Below are positions 15,295 through 20,000 of a DNA stretch of 20,000 nt, piece after piece. The notes beneath the pieces were generated by a model. It was not told the DNA's origin, did not search any database, and worked only from the letters and a program-made list of their open reading frames with translations. The position numbers and the translations under genes are program-made. The stretch is from the IMG/VR virus record IMGVR_UViG_3300037091_000258. The stretch is one strand, 5' to 3'. How positions within the stretch are numbered: the stretch's first letter is position 1; every line of letters begins with the position of its first letter. Source of the stretch: an uncultured virus (IMG/VR IMGVR_UViG_3300037091_000258) (lineage: Duplodnaviria; Heunggongvirae; Uroviricota; Caudoviricetes).

Positions 15295-16665
15295 ATGGCA
15301 ACAATAAATCCTGCAGATTTTTCTGATCGCGCCCATACGCCACCCAGATGGAAAGTATACGCCGACTATTTAGTTACTAACAATCCTAATCAACTAGCTT
15401 TACTCAATACTAGTGATATAGCGTACTACAACTACGTTCATACTAATGTTAGTGCATATCTGTCGCCAGACATTGTTGTTGCCCTAGCAGCTAAAAGTGT
15501 TGGATCTTTGCAATTCCTTCTCAGCACAACAGATACTGATTTACCTGTACAATATTATTATACTCTATCTAGCATAATCCCTTATTCTGGCACACCACCT
15601 ACAACCCCTGCAAGTGCTGTTACAAACTTTGGTACGAGCACAAATGCTTATGCTATACTTGGTAGTATATCTAGTGGCGGTTTGATAGCTGGATCAGATG
15701 TAGTAGTAGCTATACAAGCTTCAGCTAATGTAGCTAATCCGCCTAAGACAGTAGTAGCAGGTTTTGAAGTAATTCTCGCTCCCGCTGCTCCAGCGGGTGG
15801 TTTATTAGGAGCTGGGGCTGGCCAAGTTACGGTCACTTGGACTTTATCTAGTGGCGCTAGTTCATACAACGTTTATTATATTCCTAATGCAACAGGTTCA
15901 GAAACGGGGGCTCAGATAATTGCTAACGGAATAAAATTCACTGGAACTATACTTAATACTGGAACTGTAATAACTGGCATCACTTCAGGTAATGTTGTAA
16001 GCGCAACAGTTACAGCAACTAATCCTGGCGGAACTAGCGCCCCTTCAACTGCATTACATGCAACAGTGATAGGAGCTCCTGCTGTACCTACTGTTATATT
16101 AGTTACGCCCGCATCTACTCAAGCAACAGTTACGTGGACGTTATCTGCTGGAGCCACTTCTTATGATGTCTGGTATATTGCTAACGCAACAGGCTCAGAA
16201 ACAGCAGCAACTATAATATCTACTGGAACACATTTTGTAGGAGTAGTAAGTAATCTTGGTACTGTAATAACTGGCCTCACGCCCGGTAATGTTATCAGTG
16301 TGACAGTTACAGCTACAAATACCGGTGGAACAAGCCTTGGCGGAACACCCTCCCACGCCTCACTAATTCCCGTAGCTCCCGCTTCTATATTAGCAACTTC
16401 CCCAATAGCTACAGAAGCTAATGTCACTTGGACATTATCTCATGGGGCTACTTCATATGATGTTTATTACATAGATGACGCAACTGGATTAGAAGACGCA
16501 GCTACTATAATATCTACTGGAACACACTTTGTAGGAACAGTGCTAAATACTGGAACTGTAATAACGAGTCTAAGCACAGGCAACATTGTAAACGTAACGG
16601 TAACGGCTACTGATAGTGGCGGAGCCAGTCTTGGCGGAACTCCTTCAAGTGTTACAGTTACTTAA
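15295..16665 (+). CDS. Putative virion decoration protein: conserved N-terminal domain plus three fibronectin type III domains
   Basis: N-terminal MATINPADFS..HTPPRWK shared with 14430-15212; three ~98-aa repeats VTWTLS.GA.SY.V.YI...GTVIT...VTAT..GG.S. Confidence 0.78.
   Translation: MATINPADFSDRAHTPPRWKVYADYLVTNNPNQLALLNTSDIAYYNYVHTNVSAYLSPDIVVALAAKSVGSLQFLLSTTDTDLPVQYYYTLSSIIPYSGTPPTTPASAVTNFGTSTNAYAILGSISSGGLIAGSDVVVAIQASANVANPPKTVVAGFEVILAPAAPAGGLLGAGAGQVTVTWTLSSGASSYNVYYIPNATGSETGAQIIANGIKFTGTILNTGTVITGITSGNVVSATVTATNPGGTSAPSTALHATVIGAPAVPTVILVTPASTQATVTWTLSAGATSYDVWYIANATGSETAATIISTGTHFVGVVSNLGTVITGLTPGNVISVTVTATNTGGTSLGGTPSHASLIPVAPASILATSPIATEANVTWTLSHGATSYDVYYIDDATGLEDAATIISTGTHFVGTVLNTGTVITSLSTGNIVNVTVTATDSGGASLGGTPSSVTVT
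15778..16662 (+). repeat. Three tandem ~295-bp FN3-coding repeats
   Basis: Units start near 15778, 16075 and 16369; actataatatctactggaacaca is identical in units 2 and 3. Confidence 0.8.
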
Positions 16666-16672
16666 TTAATGT

Positions 16673-16987
16673 ATGGAAAGAAAAATAGACAAGAGCCTGC
16701 ATACTAATCCTAGTCCGCGAGTAGCGCATTTCAAAAATTTTCCGCATGATATATTCCCAGCGATGCCTTTTGGGTACGGATTACATATTCAGGGTCCTGC
16801 TCCAGTTCAACCCTTAAATTCTAAAAGAATAGAGGATATAAAATATTTCACTAATCCTTTAGTCACTAAGGCTTTCAACAATTGGGGTCGAATATTTCCC
16901 AAGCCAGCGATAGTAAACGACAAACCAATGGCCAACCCCAAGCACTTAGATTTAAATCCGGAGAATACGCAAAATTGGAAAGGGTAA
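16673..16987 (+). CDS. Pro/Asn-rich hypothetical protein
   Basis: 104-aa ORF directly after the FN3 gene; weak similarity to 17301-17693. Confidence 0.6.
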   Translation: MERKIDKSLHTNPSPRVAHFKNFPHDIFPAMPFGYGLHIQGPAPVQPLNSKRIEDIKYFTNPLVTKAFNNWGRIFPKPAIVNDKPMANPKHLDLNPENTQNWKG

Positions 16988-17265
16988 AAAACTTCACTGG
17001 TAAAATAGCCTACTATTTCTACCTTAATCCTGAAGAGGATCTTGGAATTTCGCGTGTTAAACTAACAGCTCGTATTTGGAATCGGGCACGAGGCGGTTAT
17101 AATAACGAGCAGTATGAAGGCGAAGTAATAGATCACATTTATGGCCCTAAATTAGAAGACAGCGCGCCTGAAACTATTAACCATGTAGCTGCCTTAGATG
17201 TAGTAGATATGCTTTTTACAGATAGGGAAGTGATGTCGAGAATTTGGGAGTGGATTGGTAAATGA
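16975..17265 (+). CDS. Hypothetical protein
   Basis: In-frame TTG 16975 with GGAG upstream removes the long overlap implied by the 16882 start; start uncertain. Confidence 0.5.
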   Translation: MERVKNFTGKIAYYFYLNPEEDLGISRVKLTARIWNRARGGYNNEQYEGEVIDHIYGPKLEDSAPETINHVAALDVVDMLFTDREVMSRIWEWIGK

Positions 17266-17300
17266 TAACATTCACTTATATTGCCGCGGGTAGATCTAAA

Positions 17301-17693
17301 ATGTCAGGGCAGGCACTAACTGCCCCGCAACAAAATGGCTTCAATCGAGCTGTAATAGTTCATCCACATCCAGGTCCAGGTATCCCTCAATGGTACAGAC
17401 CACCGACAACAGCTACTATGGGTTTCCCAATTCCAATACGCACCACGCCCGCTCATGGAAACATTCTACTTCCAGTTAAGAAACCACTTGAGCCAGAAAA
17501 TCCAGTCAATCCATATTTGGTACAAGCTTATGGGAATAATTCAAAACTTACCATGAGAATTAATCCGGGAAGTGTTTGGCCCGTTCGGCATATAGCACCT
17601 CGTGTTGAGCTTAAACGCTCACCATACAAACCTCCCGCCCGTAGATATCTCAATCCAAACCTACCAGTCAACGCGCCATACGATAACGTTTAA
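17301..17693 (+). CDS. Pro/Asn-rich hypothetical protein
   Basis: ORF 17262-17693; start is ATG 17301 or the ATGA-coupled 17262. Very proline-rich. Confidence 0.6.
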   Translation: MSGQALTAPQQNGFNRAVIVHPHPGPGIPQWYRPPTTATMGFPIPIRTTPAHGNILLPVKKPLEPENPVNPYLVQAYGNNSKLTMRINPGSVWPVRHIAPRVELKRSPYKPPARRYLNPNLPVNAPYDNV

Positions 17694-17711
17694 TAACACA
17701 TAATTCTTTTA

Positions 17712-17912
17712 GTGAAGAAGCAAGAAGTCATTGCGATGTTGCAGGATAAAACATGCGAGTCTTGTAGCATAGAAGAAATACAAATGATGCGATTTCCTGG
17801 AGACTCTCCAGGAGTATCCTCAACCGGATCTTGTTTTATCAAACATAGTCAATCATTTATTAGTAGTACCTGTAAATGGTGGGTACGTAAAAATGGACAA
17901 GCAGATAACTAA
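17712..17912 (+). CDS. Small Cys4 zinc-finger-like protein
   Basis: LQDKTCESC...C...TCKWW. Confidence 0.5.
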   Translation: MKKQEVIAMLQDKTCESCSIEEIQMMRFPGDSPGVSSTGSCFIKHSQSFISSTCKWWVRKNGQADN

Positions 17913-18105
17913 GAACTTACTTAAAAATCATGTCTGCTCAAACTGTTCGCATTTTTCTGATAGTATAGATTGGTGTAATAAACAACCCAATCGACCTAAG
18001 TTTGATACGTGTCTAAAGTGGGCTGTTCGCTCGCCATTTGTACGAGTCCCATCGTCGGGACTTGGAAAAACAACACGGAGACGTCGAAGAAGAAGTCGTT
18101 ACTAA
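17893..18105 (+). CDS. Small Cys4 zinc-finger-like protein with Arg-rich tail
   Basis: LKNHVCSNC...WC...TCLKW and RRRRRRSRY. Confidence 0.55.
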   Translation: MDKQITKNLLKNHVCSNCSHFSDSIDWCNKQPNRPKFDTCLKWAVRSPFVRVPSSGLGKTTRRRRRRSRY

Positions 18106-18133
18106 AAGCCTCGAAAGGAAAGTAGAATAAAGC

Positions 18134-18601
18134 ATGGGACAAATTCTTACAGACAAAGAAAAGATCGAAAAGTGGAATGACATCTGCATGACCATGAACT
18201 GGTCGCAGCCCCACGAGCTTGAAACGTGGCTTCAAATGCACGGTGTGATGTTTACGAAATCTGGCAGCTGTGTAGGGGTCAACCTCGTTCTTGGCGGCAA
18301 ACAAATTTCGGTTATTGGACAAGTTGAAGAAATTGTTAAATCTTCAAACAGTGAAGGGATGGCAACTTATATCTTACAGGCAATTGCTGGGCTCTTGAGT
18401 TTCAAAGTTAAGCCAGACAATACTGAAATGTTGAGCACGACATTAGAGACGATGTTTTGGAAGATAGCCTGCGAAAGATGTCAACTCGAGTGGGAGCTTG
18501 ACATTCCGCCAGAGATCATGCCCAAATACGTTCGAGAAGCTTTATTTCCTGAGCAGTTTCCTGAGGGACCAGAGAAAGGACCCACCGATGAAGTTAAGTA
18601 G
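18134..18601 (+). CDS. Hypothetical protein
   Basis: 155-aa ORF in the co-oriented gene run; no recognisable motif. Confidence 0.65.
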   Translation: MGQILTDKEKIEKWNDICMTMNWSQPHELETWLQMHGVMFTKSGSCVGVNLVLGGKQISVIGQVEEIVKSSNSEGMATYILQAIAGLLSFKVKPDNTEMLSTTLETMFWKIACERCQLEWELDIPPEIMPKYVREALFPEQFPEGPEKGPTDEVK

Positions 18602-19250
18602 ATCCAACGGCAACATGTATGATTGGGTGACACACATGTGGTCTCCTTTTACCGGTTGCCCGCATCAATGCTCCTATTGCTATGTGAAAAATGCCTGGCG
18701 AGATTTGCCAGAAAAGACTACTCTTCAAGAGCCCTTCCCAAATCTTGGTTCTGGCAAGACAATTTTCATCGGGCATCTTTGTGACATGTTTGCCGAAGGC
18801 GTTGACTCTACCGATGTAATGAAGGTGATAGAGTATTGCCGAATGTGGGATAATGAATACGTCTTCCAAACAAAGAACCCACAAAACATGTGGAAGTTTA
18901 TCTACAGGACGCCCTCCAAGAGAATGGTCGGAACTACTATTGAAACAAATAGGGCAGAAACACTTGAGAGGTTTTCTAAAGCACCGCATCCCATGGAAAG
19001 AGCGAATGGGCTTAGTCAGATTGACGGCAAGAAGTTTTTAACCATTGAGCCAATCATGGACTTCGATGTTTGGGAGTTTGCTAAATTGATTGAAGCGGCG
19101 AAACCAGACTTCGTCAATATTGGAGCTGACTCCAAGAGACACAATCTGCCAGAACCTACTGGTGAAAAGGTCATGGCCTTAGTAGGGACTCTTGGTGAGC
19201 TCAAGATTCCAATTCGCAAGAAGGTCAACATAGAGAGGCTTTTGAAATGA
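18588..19250 (+). CDS. Radical SAM-like protein (DUF5131 / phage Gp37-Gp68 family)
   Basis: WSPFTGCPHQCSYCY (CxxxCxxC), IFIGHLCDMF, FQTKNP, GTTIETN, FLTIEPIMDF, FVNIGADS. Start moved to ATG 18588 (AAGGA RBS). Confidence 0.85.
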   Translation: MKLSRSNGNMYDWVTHMWSPFTGCPHQCSYCYVKNAWRDLPEKTTLQEPFPNLGSGKTIFIGHLCDMFAEGVDSTDVMKVIEYCRMWDNEYVFQTKNPQNMWKFIYRTPSKRMVGTTIETNRAETLERFSKAPHPMERANGLSQIDGKKFLTIEPIMDFDVWEFAKLIEAAKPDFVNIGADSKRHNLPEPTGEKVMALVGTLGELKIPIRKKVNIERLLK

Positions 19251-19468
19251 CACCAGAAAATAGGAATGGAATTAACTTACCAGATTACGAAATTACAATC
19301 ACTATCGGAAAGTGTCCGCGGTGTGGTCAAAAACATACCGATATTAAGTTGGTAGCAGACCCGTTACCCTGGGCGGCGCAGTCAGCCTCAGTTTTACGCA
19401 TGATGGCTGAGTGTCCGGTTACTAACGAGTTCATAGTTATGACTTTCTGGACGGATGTAACAAGATGA
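19247..19468 (+). CDS. Small putative zinc-binding protein
   Basis: CPRCGQKH...CPVT; ATGA-coupled. Confidence 0.6.
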   Translation: MTPENRNGINLPDYEITITIGKCPRCGQKHTDIKLVADPLPWAAQSASVLRMMAECPVTNEFIVMTFWTDVTR

Positions 19469-19737
19469 TAAATTTTTTACTTAATGACATAGAAAAACTA
19501 ATCAAGGAGCTGGAAGAGGGGCACGCTGCAGATCCTTATGACGATGGCGAAAATGGATACTATGACGCTTGTCAAGAAATAGCTGATAAACTTCGAACCT
19601 TGTATGATAAATATAAACCACGTGACCCTTTGTGTACTTGTGGTTGCGGCTATGAATGGTGTGATGATTATTGTCCAATTCACGGCAAGAAAGGAAAGAA
19701 ATCTAATGGAACAACAGATTCGCCCGACTTTGTCTGA
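19465..19737 (+). CDS. Hypothetical protein with a C-terminal Cys/His cluster
   Basis: CTCGCG...CPIHG; ATGA-coupled. Confidence 0.6.
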   Translation: MINFLLNDIEKLIKELEEGHAADPYDDGENGYYDACQEIADKLRTLYDKYKPRDPLCTCGCGYEWCDDYCPIHGKKGKKSNGTTDSPDFV

Positions 19738-19912
19738 TAAGATTTTTGGCAAATGTAAACTCACCGGACTCCCTAGCGGAGGAAACGCAATAGGCGTTGA
19801 AGGCCTTATTCTCTGGCTTGAGGCCATGAAAGAAGATGCCATCCGCGACGACCGAAGCGGAGGTTCTGTCCTCCAGCAAATAATCGAGATGTTGACTATC
19901 GCTGCCAAGTAG
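19706..19912 (+). CDS. Hypothetical protein
   Basis: In-frame ATG 19706 with AAGGA upstream is preferred to 19604. Confidence 0.5.
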   Translation: MEQQIRPTLSDKIFGKCKLTGLPSGGNAIGVEGLILWLEAMKEDAIRDDRSGGSVLQQIIEMLTIAAK

Positions 19913-19950
19913 CAGGGAGAAGTTTCGAAGTTGATTTAGTATAACTCAAC

Positions 19951-20000
19951 ATGAACATTCAATCGTTGTCGATCGTAGTCCCAGCTGGTTGCCCCAACAA
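19951..20000 (+). CDS. 5' end of a probable radical SAM protein (truncated by the window)
   Basis: MNIQSLSIVVPAGCPN: a beta-strand then GC.N, as expected before a CxxxCxxC motif. Only 16 codons are visible. Confidence 0.4.
   Translation, partial: MNIQSLSIVVPAGCPN

Noticed and set aside
15778..16662. DGR template/variable repeat pair among the FN3 repeats
   Set aside because: Differences are not adenine-specific, all copies are coding, and no reverse transcriptase is in the window.
1..20000. Stop-codon reassignment (TAG or TGA), as seen in some large phages
   Set aside because: Conserved genes are uninterrupted in code 11, and TAG/TGA end genes right before the next RBS or in ATGA overlaps.
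1..20000. CRISPR arrays, tRNA genes, IS elements
   Set aside because: No regularly spaced repeats, cloverleaf motifs or transposase ORFs were seen by eye.

Overview
Segment of a large T4-like (Tevenvirinae-related or jumbo-type) dsDNA phage genome; AT-rich, almost entirely + strand, standard genetic code. Positions 1-10005 hold the head-morphogenesis module: four small proteins sharing a 14-aa motif ending in L-x-E, a gp20-like portal interrupted by a 140-aa mini-intein, two acidic prohead-core candidates, a gp21-like prohead protease, a gp22-like scaffold and a gp23-like major capsid protein. Free-standing homing-type endonucleases (two HNH, one GIY-YIG, one Vsr/DUF559-like) and a GIY-YIG pseudogene surround it. 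Positions 11.3-20 kb are accessory: small hypotheticals, a YkgJ-type Cys-cluster protein, an MtgA-like peptidoglycan glycosyltransferase, two paralogous fibronectin-III putative virion decoration proteins, small Zn-finger proteins and radical SAM genes. The most notable element is a 229-nt intergenic RNA (13593-13821) that folds by hand into the catalytic domain of bacterial RNase P RNA (P1-P7, P4 pseudoknot with bulged U, P15-P18) but lacks essentially the whole specificity domain. A recurrent AAGATAA motif in intergenic DNA is a candidate phage promoter. All calls come from motif recognition by eye; no searches were run.
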